Below, piece after piece: positions 46,276-60,299 of a stretch of 64,000 nt of DNA; the stretch's first letter is position 1, and every line of letters begins with the position of its first letter. The stretch lies in NCBI RefSeq assembly GCF_009914755.1, contig NC_060925.1. One strand, given 5' to 3'. The position numbers were made by a program, and so were the translations under genes. Below the pieces are notes generated by a model. That model did no database searches. It was not told where the DNA came from and saw only the letters and a list, made by a program, of their open reading frames with translations. The DNA comes from the human T2T-CHM13v2.0 reference genome, Homo sapiens.

Positions 46276-46361
46276 CTCTGTAGGTCAACTATTTCATTGT
46301 TAAGAGTATCTAGTTCCTTAATAGCAGAGAAATCTGCAACAGGACTTGATCCTATGATGTT
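46276..46361 (-). CDS. EPS15: EPS15 exon ~12 (86 nt, NIIGSSPVADFSAIKELDTLNNEIVDLQR)
   Basis: Acceptor TTTTTAG|AAC, donor GAG|GTATGT; phase 0-2. Confidence 0.96.
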
Positions 46362-49300
46362 CTAAAAACAAAAAGTTCACAATTATACATTACTATAAAA
46401 TTAGGTAATATAAGACAAAACACTAAAAATATTAAAGCTCTACGCAGATATAAGGTATTGCATATTTTACTGTATTACTGAGATTTTTAATTAAGAAAAT
46501 CATATCTAGTACAATTATATATAATTTTATACTTAATTATATAGTAAGACATTTACATTTCCCTTAAATTCTCCGAAAACTGTTATTCTATACTATGTAC
46601 CCCATCCCCACCTCCGATCCGAATGTCTTTGTCACTTGATCCTAGCCTGTTCAGAACCTTGCAGTAAAAGAGATGCCAGATTCATAAACTAATTCCTCCA
46701 CTGAAGTGTAAATTTCTCAGAGAAACTGATGGTGATTTATTTGTATTTGTATAAACTGGCTGAGAGTAAACACACAAATTTTTGTTGAATCTCAGACCTA
46801 CAGTAGTGGTTGATTTTATTTAATTCAAGGAATTTTTACTTTTGTTACATACTGTGTCTATTTTATTTAAAGTAAAACCAACTGCTCAAGCATGTTCCAT
46901 AATAAATATTAATACCATCATATATGAAACTGTCTTCATATATGACATCCTGTCCATACAGTTTTCTTTCAACAATGAAGGTTACAAAATTGGTCTCTGA
47001 ATGGTCCTTGTATTCAGAAAATCTAGCTGGGTTTATTCTGGGTCCTGCTATTTTACTAACTGCATTATCATCACCTGTAAAATAGGGAAATAATCTCTGC
47101 CTTGCCCACTTTACAAGTTAAATGAAATAATGTGATGTGACATCAGTCTACAAACTGTGATATTTTATAAATGTAAGCTATTGTTATAATTAACTCTTCA
47201 ACAGAATATGCTCTTAAAAGATGTGGCCTCCCATTGAGTTGTTTCTACCTTGGCTCAATGTCCTCTGTAAACTATCACTGATGCCCCAGATAGCTAGCTG
47301 AAGTCAGAGCGAAAAGATAAATGCTTCCTCAAACATTTCATCTACACCCAATGCTACAACCAGATTAACAAATAACAGGATAATTACCATCTGGAAATGT
47401 TAAAACTGAGGCCTGAACATTTAAAAACTAAGATATACTGCTGACTTTATATAACAGAACATAAGACTTTGTGTTAATACTTATGTTGTTGTATAGTTAA
47501 TTTACGTCAACAACTTGCACAACAGAAGAAACCTAAAAGCACACAATATCCCATCTCCTCATATTTATATACTCATTTACAATTCACTAAGCACTTTAAA
47601 TTCCACTAGTTAATTCTCAAAACTAATCTGAAAAGTGGGTAGTAGGTAGGGCAGATATTGTTATTAACCCCATCTTAGAACTGAAGAAACAGATTAAATA
47701 ACTTGCTCAAAGTTGAACCCAGCCAATACGTAGTTTAATCAAGAGTCTTCCGATTTAAGTGCTATTTCACGCAATGCCCCCAGTGGCACTTGCATATCAA
47801 GATCATTTCGGTAAATGAAATTATTACTCTAAAAGTAAATTTGATAAAACAGGTACATCAATAAAATTTGGCAAGTAATTCCTTCTGTATTTCTTTATGC
47901 CACACTGCAGTTTTAGTACTGAGCTGTTTTGACTATCAGTACCAAAACTCATCTACAAAGGTTTAATACTAATCTCAATTTTATATTAATTACAGCTTTG
48001 TATGAAATATACCTCCTATTTTCTGTGTTCCACTGATACACAAAAACTTATCAGTGTTAAATTAAATTAGATATTTTAAAGTGGATTTCTGAATGTGACA
48101 ATTATTCACTAGTATTTTAACTCTATCTAAACTTGACCTATGAGCTAGGCCTGGCCAGACAGCTAAACAAAATGAAACATTAGCACTTGGTCTCACTTTT
48201 ATCAGCAAGAGTAAATTACTTCACTTAAATGCTATCAGAAATTTGCTATCAGAGGTGCAAATGTACCAAAGAACTTGTGACTACCACATCTCCTCTGTCA
48301 CTCTAACTCAAAAAAAGGTGACTCACATTTTATAGTCTTGCCTGTAAAAATATCATCAAATAAGAAGACAAAGTGAGACAAATTAGTTTAACCTCAAACA
48401 AGTTAGAAAGTGACACCCCAGATACTGAAAAAAGTTTAGTTAATATTTTATGTAGCATTTGAAGGGTATATGAGAAAAAATATGTAGCATGTCCCCTTCT
48501 TTCAAAATGTTTTCTCTTACCCTATTCTTGTGCATTACACAAAAATTCTACTTTGGTGATGTTAAGTGGATCAGAGAGCCTAGGGAAGGCAGACTAAAAT
48601 GCACACAAGGACCAAGTGACATGTGACAAAAGCATGCTGTTTAGGAATTTTCTTTTTTTTGCTGAATAAAAAACCTCTCATTTCAAAATGTATCTTGTAA
48701 ACCAAAAACCACAAAGCTAAAAAAGGCATAAAGTAAAGCTCTAACCTTGAGAGAGAGTAGAGTTAAGAAACTGACAGTACAAGAAAGGCGAAAAGCAGAG
48801 TGCTGCAGAATGGAAAAAATAGTCCAAACTAGAAAAAACACAGAAAGGAAAGCAACATTCAAAAAAGGATTAGTCAAAGCTGCAAAAAATGCAGTACTAA
48901 AAAAACCAGATTAAAGAGAAAAGAGGTTATTTGAAAGATAAAACAATGCAAGTTTTCATTTTTAAAGTTAAAATTTTGGGTTAATAGATAAGATAGCAGT
49001 GATAAATTCCCATTTCAATGAATAATACTGGTATCTGACATAAATAGACAAACGTATCTATGATCTAGTGAATGAACTTCAGACAAATCTACTAAATTAA
49101 AAACTATACCTCATGCAACTTCAAGCATCTACTAACATAGACTTCAAACTTTTAATTTGCTTCAGAAATTTCTGTCATATCTAAAATTTGTGTTGGTAGG
49201 CAATTGAATAGGTTATAAAATGAAGAAGGCAGGAAAAAAAAAAGCAGTCTGCATAGGTGAAAGAAAGCATGAAACAACACAGTATTCCATAACTGAGGTA

Positions 49301-49560
49301 CAGTTATATAGCAAAGAGCAAAAATGCATATTCAGTAACCTTTATCCTTCTGGGTGGCATCACTTTCAGCCTTTTCCACAACTTAAGGGACTCATGTCAT
49401 ACATCATAAGGAATCAAAAAATTCACAAAAAGGCCCCCCCCATAACTCACAAAGCAGATAATAAAATATTTATTTTATTACAAATAAGGACAAAAACTTC
49501 TATAAGTAACTCTCCATACCTGGTAGCTATAAATTCCATTTAGCTTACCAAAAAAATCCA

Positions 49561-49873
49561 ATTTTCTTTCTTTCTTTCTTTCTTTTTTTAAGAGACAGGG
49601 TCTTGCTCTGTTGCCCCGGCTGGAGTGTAGCAGTTGGATCTTACTTAGCTCACTGCAACCTCAAACTCCTGGGTTCAAGTGATCCTCCTGCCTCAGCCTC
49701 CCGAGTAGCTAGAACTACAGGTACACGCCAACGCACCTGGCTAATTTTTTTGTTTTTGTTTTGTAGAGACAGGGTCTTGCTATGTTGCCCAGGAACTCCT
49801 GGCCTCAAGTGATCCTCCCACCTCGGACTCACAAAATACTGGGTTTACAGGTGTGAGCCACTGTGCTTGGTCC
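49561..49873 (-). mobile_element. AluJ-like
   Basis: Reverse Alu. Confidence 0.88.
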
Positions 49874-50813
49874 CAATTTGGTTTTTATTAATCTTTTTAA
49901 AATGGGATTTTTAAGAACCATGTGACAAAATTAATGCAAAACCCAAAATATTCTATGATATTTTAAAGAGCTCTCCTCATACCACACATTTGACAACTCT
50001 TATTACTGTATAACAACCCTGAAAAATCTCCACAGCCATGGTTATACTTTATAGGCCATAAGAGATTTAAAAATACAAAGTATTTATTTTTAAAGGCAAA
50101 TAGCCACTATGGTATGCAAGTCCTTTCAAAGGTCTATTAAAGGCCAAGATATTGCAAATGCATCATACTAGGAAGGGTTTCTACATGAGGAGAGAAAAAT
50201 CAAGGCATGACTAAAACAATGAAGTTTTGAAAATTCTCACTGCTGTCCAGAAACCAAAACTAGGTAAAACCCACTTCTAGCTGTTCAAATATGAAGTTCA
50301 GTGGTATACTCAGGAACAAAAGGTCACCTACAGCAAAAACCGCACAGATACATCCTCAACATAATGTTTTCCTTGGAGGCTTTTTTGATGTAAAATTGAC
50401 ACCAAGCAACCATCATATGCAAGATTCTGTTTTCAAATCTGTATCATTTTATGTAAGAGTGAATCATCAAGTGAAACACAATAATTTAATTTTTATAGCT
50501 TTCCTTTTATAATCTATTCATAAAACTTAATTCACAAATCCAGGAAAGGAAAAATAAGCCCACATTTTCCAATTTTAAGACTGGAAATATAGTTGTCATG
50601 TTTAATGAATGGGGTAAACAAGCTACTGGCCAAGGATGTTATACAAGGCACTCCAGCATATTTATAGGCACAAACTAAACCACAAACAGTATACTGTTCT
50701 GCTCTTAGCCAGATACATTTTCTCTTCTATTTCATCCAAATTGAATCTGTAATTCGACATAGTATTGTTCCTTTGAAATTAATACATTCAGGTTTCCTTT
50801 TAAGCTTTCTTAC

Positions 50814-50970
50814 CTTTTGTAAACTGGCCCTGTCTGATGGTGGAATCATTTCAGGAGTAAGAACGTGAGGAGGATCAATGCCCTTGATTAACTTCTGACT
50901 GATTAAGTGAAAAGCCAAGGCAAACTGATCCTTTGAAAGCTTCCCACAGTCCTTTGTGTCGCATAATGAC
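50814..50970 (-). CDS. EPS15: EPS15 exon ~11 (157 nt, [16 protein letters not shown]...RASLQK; EH3 end)
   Basis: Acceptor TGTGCAG|G, donor AAG|GTAAGA; phase 2-0; ORF 50727..51017. Confidence 0.97.
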
Positions 50971-51674
50971 CTGCACAAATAAACAAAATGAATGGTATGT
51001 AAGTGCCACAACTGCAAAAAGTCCAGAGAAAAAGTACCACTATGCAGCTTTTTTAAAATAATGAGGTGAATTTAAAAAGACAGTCACACCAACTTGCAGG
51101 TTATTAAAAACTCACTCAACTGTTCGAAGAGGTAGATCAGCTAAGATGGTAAAAAGAGAATGTTCACCCTGGTGCTGAGCAGGAGCCTCTAATCTGGGTT
51201 TACACTTTGTGTTTTCTTACCAATTTTCAGAACCACTATACAGTAAAAGTTGTGGTGGGCCAAAGAATCCTAACATTCCTTACACCCAACATTTTTAACA
51301 TTAAAAGATATTAAAGATAAAATCTAAGTCTCAACAAATTTGATTCACTGGTGGCATTAGAAGGATTCTAAAACAAGCACAATTTTGATATTGCTATGCC
51401 TCCTGCAACTCTTGGAGTAGGAGGATACAAGGATCACCAAGCCAAAGCAGAATAAACAGCTGCAAATGGAAATCACATGTGAGGAAAAGGCAGCAATCTG
51501 GAAAGCTTTACACAATCACTTGAAGAGAAACTGCAAAGGTTTTACTCTACTTTCTTTTTCTGTAATTAAAAAAAAAAAAAGCTCAGCTTTCTGAAATCCT
51601 GATCTGTTTAATGCACTGAAGGCCAGTAGGGCCTGATGAAAAGACTACATAAGTAAAAAGACTACATGTCACAT

Positions 51675-51920
51675 AGATCTTAAATTCCAGCTTTTCTACT
51701 TATTTCTTCTTATAACCTTGGCTAAGTTTTTTAACCTCTCCAAATCTTAGTTTCCTCATCTATAAAGTGGAGATGATAACACCCATCTTGCGAAATTACT
51801 ATGAGAATTAAAGACAGGATATATAAAAAGCTTAGGCATAACATTAAGCCCGTGACAACTGCCATTTATTGAGTATAGTGCCTACCCTAGGCACTCAATA
51901 GTGGCAGCTACTACTAGTTA
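51675..51920. mobile_element. MIR
   Basis: cttagtttcctcatctataaagtggagatgataac core. Confidence 0.7.
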
Positions 51921-52367
51921 TGCATATTTAATCTTTCCCAGTCTTGGGTTCTTGTTTCTTTTAAGGCAGATCTACTTACTGTCTGCCTCCCTTCTTTTCT
52001 AAGTTTCTCTTTACAACCATGTGGCCCCACTTGTGACGTTTCTGCCTCTTGAAAACCTGAAGATAACCTCTGGTATCGTTAGGTGGATTGGCGGCAGACA
52101 AACTATAAAGCATTTTCATATACATTATCTCATTTTCTGTGAAATTCATTAAAGACACTAGGGTTTGCCTTTTCAAGGACCAAGTATGTTATTCCTATGT
52201 GAAGGTATGAAAGTATACATATACACTATAAAATTATGCAGGTATGCCTTGAAGATACTGTTTTTTACATTGTTTAAATTTCAGATATCTGGATTCTCTC
52301 TGAAAATTTTAAGTTTAATTGATATAAACAGAAGCTGGATTTTAACATTCTAATAACAATTAACTGA

Positions 52368-52696
<329 letters not shown>

Positions 52697-52885
52697 TAAA
52701 GCTTCAGGTAACCCATTCTCAAGCTTTTGTCCATTAGCCAGAAGAATTCTTCAGATTCTGATTTTCTCTATAAAAAATTCTGAAACAAAAACTGTCCTAT
52801 TTACAAATGACTAAAAATCAAAATGCAGAAACTGGAATTGATACAAAACCATATTTTTAAAAAATCAATTCAAATAAAGTCTTAC

Positions 52886-53031
52886 CATATATGGGCTAGT
52901 AAGGTAGAAGGTAAACCTGTTTTCAAGAATATTTCACGGACCTCCAATCCAGACACAAATCCGTCCATATCTTTATCAGTTTTCAGGAAGATTTCATCAT
53001 ATTTAGCTTTTTCTGCAGGGGATACAACCCA
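52886..53031 (-). CDS. EPS15: EPS15 exon ~10 (146 nt, [15 protein letters not shown]...LLAHIW; EH3)
   Basis: Acceptor CCCTGTAG|TGG, donor ATG|GTAAGA; phase 0-2; EF-hand-like [12 protein letters not shown]. Confidence 0.97.
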
Positions 53032-53860
53032 CTACAGGGAGGAAAAAAAACAGTATTTCTGCCAAAATGAAACAAACTTTGAAGTGTCACTCTTTCAATC
53101 CATTACAATATCCATCACAAATTCTGAACAATTCTACCCTACTAACTCAGAGCAACAATGTATCACTTCCATATGACATCTCAATCAAAATGCTGTGGGG
53201 AAGAGAAAATAACAGAAGAAAATACAGGTCAGTTAGGACTTATCCATAGGTGCACATTTTTACTTTTTTTTAAGAAATGAGTAAATTCAAACATAGTTAA
53301 CTCTTGACTAATGCCCACATTAATATAGGTAACTGAAAGTCTGTATAAACAAAATACTCAGATAATTCTCAATCTTTATTTTTTATAGTTTGACCCAGCA
53401 GTGTTAACCATAGCCAAACTGGCTGATTTGCATATCCTGTCATTATCTTCCTTTACTCAATCTGACAAGAGGCAGGCTGGGGGCAGAAAAAAAAAAGCCT
53501 TGGACAACCCAGAATTCAATAATTTGATCCCAAAGAATCAAGAGTTAACTAGGTATTAAACAAAAATAAAAACAACTATTAATTATGCCAGGGCAAACAT
53601 GCCATGTTAGCATGGAGCATCTTCCATTTCTAACTTTAATTCCAGGGAGATCAAAATAAAACCAATAAAACATCCATATGACCCAAGGCCTAATGTAGAA
53701 GGAATATCTGTCTTCTCTGGAGTATCACATTATGCAGGTTCAACGAGATGGTGCTCTAAAATTTTTATCCTTTTAATTGCTCTATCTTTGTCAAATAGTA
53801 AACTGTTAAATGCCATGTACTTTGTTAAAAAAAAATCCTTTAACACTGATAAATCTATAC

Positions 53861-53971
53861 CTGTCTTAATGGTGCTTTGGTAGGTAAAATGCCTACAGAT
53901 GGTAAGGAGTGGTAAGATTCCTTGGCTGATGCTGAAGAGGGGATCAACCGCACAGAGCCTGATATACTGAC
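53861..53971 (-). CDS. EPS15: Candidate in-frame alternative-donor extension of exon ~9 (37 aa, VSISGSVRLIPSSASAKESYHSLPSVGILPTKAPLRQ)
   Basis: Frame stays open for 111 nt to a CAG|GTATAG donor in phase 0; resembles recalled EPS15L1 linker. Confidence 0.7.
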
Positions 53972-54061
53972 CGTTTTTCTCTTAGATGGTGGCACCAAGG
54001 CTGGAGGCAAGGACATTGGCACAGGTTCTTTCTCCAGTGCACAGTATACCAAAAACATGGC
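53972..54061 (-). CDS. EPS15: EPS15 exon ~9 (90 nt, AMFLVYCALEKEPVPMSLPPALVPPSKRKT; end of EH2)
   Basis: Acceptor TTTTGAAG|GCC, donor ACG|GTCAGT; phase 0-0; lies in ORF 53855..54136. Confidence 0.97.
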
Positions 54062-54907
54062 CTTCAAAATAAATGAACCAGGGTCATATATATTAAAAGC
54101 ACTTAACATCCACCCACTGAATTGATTATTGTTCAATGATAAATCATCGTCAGGCTCTCAAATCCTTTTTTAAGAAATTGGGCTGGGAGGGAAAGAAGAG
54201 GAAAATGAGGGAGGGATGAAAGGAGGGAGAAAAAGAAAGAAATAAAAACTAAGAAATTTTTAGGAAGATATCCTTAGTAAAAATTTAGAGACGTACCCTT
54301 CAACTAAAGTTCTTGCAATGTCAAAGGCAAACAACAATTTGAGAAGACAACATATGCAAAGAAAGAAGTACTCTCCCTAATATATAGAGCTCCTAAAAAT
54401 TAACAGAAAAAAAAGTCCAATAGAAAAATGGAAAAAGAGTTTGAAGAGATATTTTACAGACAAGCAAATCCCTTAAATGGTCCATTCTTTAACATAAAAA
54501 AAATGCCCAATCTCAGATGAAAACTGTAAGTTAAAACTATACTGAAATACCATTTTCTACCTAATTGGCAAAAACTCAAAGTTTCATAATATACTTTGTT
54601 AGCTAAACTGTGGGGAAATTTTTACACTGCTGGTGGGAGCTGAGCGGTAGCATGCTACCCCAAAACATTCCACTTTGGCATAAGGATTATTTTGAACTGA
54701 AAGCAACTGAGAAGTAGTAGCATCAAAAAAATAAATAAATAAATAAAAGCTCTCTGCCCTCCTTCTATATGCCTAAAAGCAGGATATAAATTTACAAAGG
54801 TATCCCTCTTGCCCTCTCTACAAGGAAGGATAACAGTTCCTGCCCAAAATGAATTCAGACCCTTATCAGCCTAGAGGTGTCGCCAGAAGAATTACATAAC
54901 AAACTTA

Positions 54908-55513
54908 ATGCTGCTGGTGGGAATGTAAAGTAGTTCAGCCATTGTAGAAAAGTCTGGTGATTTCTCAAAGAACTCAAAGCAGAATTATCAATGACTCAGC
55001 AATCCTATTACTGGGTATATACCCAAAGGAATATAAATTGTTTATCATAAAGACATATGCACACATATGTTCATCACAGCACTATTCACAATAGCAAAGA
55101 CATGGAATCAACCTAAATGCCCATCAATGGTAGACTGGATTAAAAAAATGTGGTACATATACACCATGGAATACTACACAGCCACAAAAAACAACAAGAT
55201 CATGTCCTTTGCAGCAAAATGGATACAGCTGGAGGCCATTATCCTAAGCAAACTAACACAGGAACAGAAAAACAAATACCATATGTTCTTGCTTCTAAGT
55301 GGGAGCTAAACATGGAGTAAATGGGGTCACAAAGAAGGAAACAACAGACATGGGGCCAATGTGAGGGTGGAGGGAAGAAGAGGTTCAAAAAACTACCTAT
55401 CATTTATTAAATGAATGACAAAATAATCTGCACACCAAACCCCGTGACATGCAATTTACCTATATAACAAACCTGTACATGTACCCCTGAACCTAAAATA
55501 AGAGTTAAAAAAA
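54908..55513 (+). mobile_element. 5'-truncated L1PB-like 3' end
   Basis: ORF 55067..55309 is L1 ORF2p C-terminus; L1 3'UTR and A tail. Confidence 0.88.
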
Positions 55514-55559
55514 TTCATTGTTCTTTGTTAAAGATGCTATATTAGGCTAAGTTTCTTTT

Positions 55560-55793
55560 GCAGTAAAGGAAGAGTTTAATTGATGCAAAACTGGCCACAC
55601 CACACGGAAGACAGAGTTATTACTCAAATCAATCTCCCCAAGAATTTGGGGGCTAGGGTTTTTCAGACAGTTTGGGGAAGGGGTGGGGGTGGCTAGGCAA
55701 TGGGTGCTTGCTGCTGACTGGCTGAGGGTGCAATCTTGGGGTACGGGAAATTGTCCTCCTGTGCATTGAATGGCTTCTGGGTGGGACCACAGG
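55560..55793 (-). mobile_element. ERV1 (MER4-group) LTR fragment ending at its poly(A) site
   Basis: gttattactcaaatcaatctcccc...agggtttttc motif; ATTAAA at 55575-55580 on the minus strand. Confidence 0.65.
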
Positions 55794-56175
55794 AACAAGT
55801 CCAGGAGGAAGCCATGGTTGCAAAAAACTCCAAGTGCAGGGCAGCTTGATTCCAGGGTGTGGAAAAGGCATAAGGGAGGCTCCACTGAAGATTCAGTAGG
55901 AAAATTACATGGCCTCGCTGTGAGTGCCTGGCCCGTGGCTGGATGTCAGATGCTGCTCTTCTTCTCTTTCTTACTGGATCACTCAAGAGATGGCCAAGGA
56001 GGTATTCCTAATAGCTCAGAATTTGGAGAGGATGTGTTCTGGTATTTTTGGGCTTCAGCTAGCTGTGGTGAAGGATTGGGCACAACGTGGGACATAAGGC
56101 TCCCAACTGCTACCCTGCAGGAGCCAGGGCACTCCTGGGCAGCTCCTAGGATGGAAAGGCCACACTGGGGGGGGC

Positions 56176-56387
56176 TGTATTTTAGTCCGTTTTTGTATTG
56201 CTATAAATAAATACCTAAGGCTGGGTAATTTATAAAGAAAACAGGCTTAACTGGCTCACAGTTCTGCAGGGTGTACCAAGATGGCTCCAGCATCTGCCTC
56301 TCATGAGGCCTCAGGGAGCATCCAATCATGGCAGAAGGCAAAGGGGGTGCAGACGTGTCACATGGCAAGAGCAGGAGCAAGAGCAAA
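56176..56387 (-). mobile_element. MST (MaLR) LTR, 3' half only
   Basis: tgtattttagtccg...gctgggtaatttataaagaaa...catggcagaaggcaaaggggg. Confidence 0.82.
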
Positions 56388-57092
56388 CCTGAGTTGTAAG
56401 CCACCTATTTGACAGTTACTCCTTTCCTGAGTTTCTTCCATGTATATATGAAATATACATGTTAATAAACTTCTGTTTTTCTCTTATCTTTTGTTACAGG
56501 GTTCTCAGCCAAGAACTTAAAAGGGTATAGGAAAAATTATTTTTCTTCCCCTAACATGCTCAAATTGGTACCACCCCTATGAAGGGCAAACTGGCAACAT
56601 CTACCAAATTGCAAATGTGTTTCCCCTTCGGCTCTGCAATCCCACATCTGGGAATCTATCCATATGAAATGCTGTATGAAAAAGATTAATTGCAGCACCG
56701 TTTGTATCAGCACCCAAATGCCCATCTACAAAACCTGGTTTAAAAAATTATGGTATACTCTACACTGGGAAGTTAAGGTAAAAAAATTATTTTTAAAAAT
56801 GGTATATCCATATAATGAAATACTATAAAGCATTAAAAAAATCACAAAGAACATTGTGTGTCTTAACTGTGGTGGTGCCTTCAGGCATATAATTGCCAAA
56901 ACTCATCAAATTATATACTTAAATTGGATGCAGTTTGTTGTGGATAGCCTTGAATAATGCTAACCAGGAAAAAAAGAATCATGGAGCTCTCATAGTGAAA
57001 AGGTATCCAAGATAAACTGTTAACTATGAAAAAGTATAGTGTTGAACAGTGTGTTTAGTGGGTTATCTTTTGTGGTAAGGAGGAAATAATTA

Positions 57093-57601
<509 letters not shown>

Positions 57602-57819
57602 TTAATACATAAAGCACTTGCACAAAATGGGAAAAATTTGCATACAGACTGTCCCAGAATATATTCTCTTCATTTTAAAGCATTCAAGGTACCTTCAACA
57701 CTTTCAGAGCATGAAAGTTTTCCATAACTATCTTTTAGCATATGAAATCACTCAAACTAACTTGGAACCTCTAGAAAGAGTCCAGCAACCACGAAAAGAA
57801 AGCTTGCATGTTTCTTAAA

Positions 57820-58465
57820 TTTTTATTTCTTTTTTTTTGGTTGGTTTGTTTTTTGCCCAGCACAGTGACGCAATCTTGGCTCACTACAACCTCCGTCTCC
57901 TGGGCTCAAGCCTTCCTCCCACCTCAGTCTCCCAAGTAGCTGGGTCTACAGGTAAACGCCACCAAACCCAGCTAATTTTTTTTTTTTTAAAGAGATGAGG
58001 ATTAGCCATGTTGCCCAGGCTGGTTGGTCTCCAACTTCTGAGCTCAAGCGATCCACCCACCCCAGCCTCCCAAAATGCTGGGATTACAGGTGTGAGCCAC
58101 TGAGCCCAGTCTCTTGTTAAATTTTTTCTTCCAGAGAAAATTTGCATATAATCATATATTAAGTTTTGTGGGGCTTTCACATATATTTATATATTTATTT
58201 AATTTGTTTATTTTATTTAATAATTTATTGACAAAGGCTCACTCTGTTGCCCAGGCTGGAATGCAGTGGCGAGAACACAGCTTGCTGCAGCCTCAACCTC
58301 CCAGGCTCAAGTGAGTCTCTCACCTCAGCTTCCCAAGTAGCTGTGACTACATGCGTACGTCACCATGCCTGGCTAATTTTTTTATGTTTTGCAGAGATGG
58401 GGGTCTCACTACGTTGCTCAGGTTGGTATCAAACTTCTGGGATCAAGTAAGCCACCACACCCAAC
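57820..58465 (-). mobile_element. Two degenerate AluJ-like elements (57820-58108, 58229-58465)
   Basis: Reverse Alu bodies with deletions. Confidence 0.8.
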
Positions 58466-58734
58466 CCCTCAATTTATTTATTGAGCACTCAATGCAACAA
58501 CATTCATCACTGATTTCCAGGATTACCAATCTCATTTTACAAATGAACACACTGAAGCTAAGATGCTAAGTAACTTGCCCAATATAATATTTTTAAGAAG
58601 TGATACAGTGGGGTTCAAACCAACATCTTCTGGCTACAAAGCTCTTGTTTTTTCCAAATTTGATCAGCTTTATTAGCAGCACATATGTAATCTTACAATA
58701 CCACGCTGTCCTTTACAAGCGATAAAACTAAACC

Positions 58735-58915
58735 TTAACCCATTGGTACCCAAATTTTAGCAGGCATCAGAATTACCTGGACAGCATGATAAAGCACAGA
58801 TTTCTGGCCCCTGCACTCAGAATTTTCTAACCAGCAAGGTTGGGCCTGAGAATTTGCATTTTTAACAAGTTCCCGAATGATGCTGATGCTGTTTGTCCAG
58901 GAACCACACTTAACC
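58735..58915. mobile_element. MER5A
   Basis: gcatcagaattacctgg...tttgcatttttaacaagttccc...gaccacact. Confidence 0.8.
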
Positions 58916-59738
58916 AAGAATTCTCCTCTCCTTTTTCACTAGCCAACCTAGAAGAATTCAATTTCAGTTTTAGAAACACACAAACTTTTTATTTCCAAAA
59001 GCCTGAAACTCCAGAAAGAAAACAATCTGACTAACATACACTTCCAACCAAATTCACAATATATGTACTGTGAAATTGTCAGAATGGCACTGAGCTAAGA
59101 GAAGTGCCTAGTGTACACATTAACAGTCAGCACTTCTCTTGCTGCAGATGGGAGTCATTTCCTGGAAAAGTGGACACTAGAAGCGAAAAAGCAACGTTAG
59201 CCATCTGCTGCCAATAGACAACACATTTTTATGAAAGTTAAAAATATATATTATTAATTTCATGTTGCCTTGAAAATAGTTTCCCTGGCAAAACTAAAGC
59301 CAAAAATTATACCTCCAAATAAAAGAGCAAAAGTGAACAGAATACTTTTAATACTGCTGGGTTGTGATTTTGTTTTCTTATTATATTGTACTTATTCCTA
59401 TTAAAAGTATGCCACTGAAACAAAAGCAATTAAATCAAATGCATTCACACACACACCAAAAAAAATCTGGTTAGTAACTAGTTGTCAAACTGAAACATAC
59501 TAGCAAGTGCATTTACACAGAAAGAGACACTTAAGGAAGAAGCATTTAGAATGTCTTTTTATTTCAAAGTAAAAGTATAAAAAATTTTATTAATAAGAAT
59601 AATAAAAGTATCAAACTCCTGAGACAGGAGGGAAAGAGGGGATTTAATTTTACTGTTGCAATCAGTTACTAACAGCTGTCCACTTTCTCTGATATTTTTT
59701 CATTTTCCATGCTTTTAGGCAGTATTTCTCAAATTTTA

Positions 59739-60050
<312 letters not shown>

Positions 60051-60299
60051 TTAATTTTAATACAACGTGATACACACTAATACACACAAAAACAGCTCCT
60101 CTATACATCTCTAAGTGCCAAAAACTCTTCACATAATGAAGACCCAAACAAATATTACTGACAAAAGCTTAAGCCACTTTCAGTCTAAGAACTTACCTGA
60201 TAGAAAAATTTAAGGCTTAGTAAGAATGTAAAAACCAATAGATAGATATGCAGACAAACAGCAAAGTAAAAAGGGCATGAGTCTATACTTCCAGAGAAT

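Larger units (their letters stand above)
54641..56556 (+). mobile_element. MER34/MER39-like ERV1 LTR split by later insertions, itself inside an old L1ME
   Basis: 5' ccactttggcataaggattattttgaactgaaagcaactgagaag; 3' aataaacttctg...ttcttcccctaaca. Confidence 0.7.

Noticed and set aside
55770-56210. 146-aa plus-strand ORF and overlapping minus-strand ORFs
   Set aside because: Span LTR/unique/LTR junctions in GC-richer DNA; no recognisable protein family
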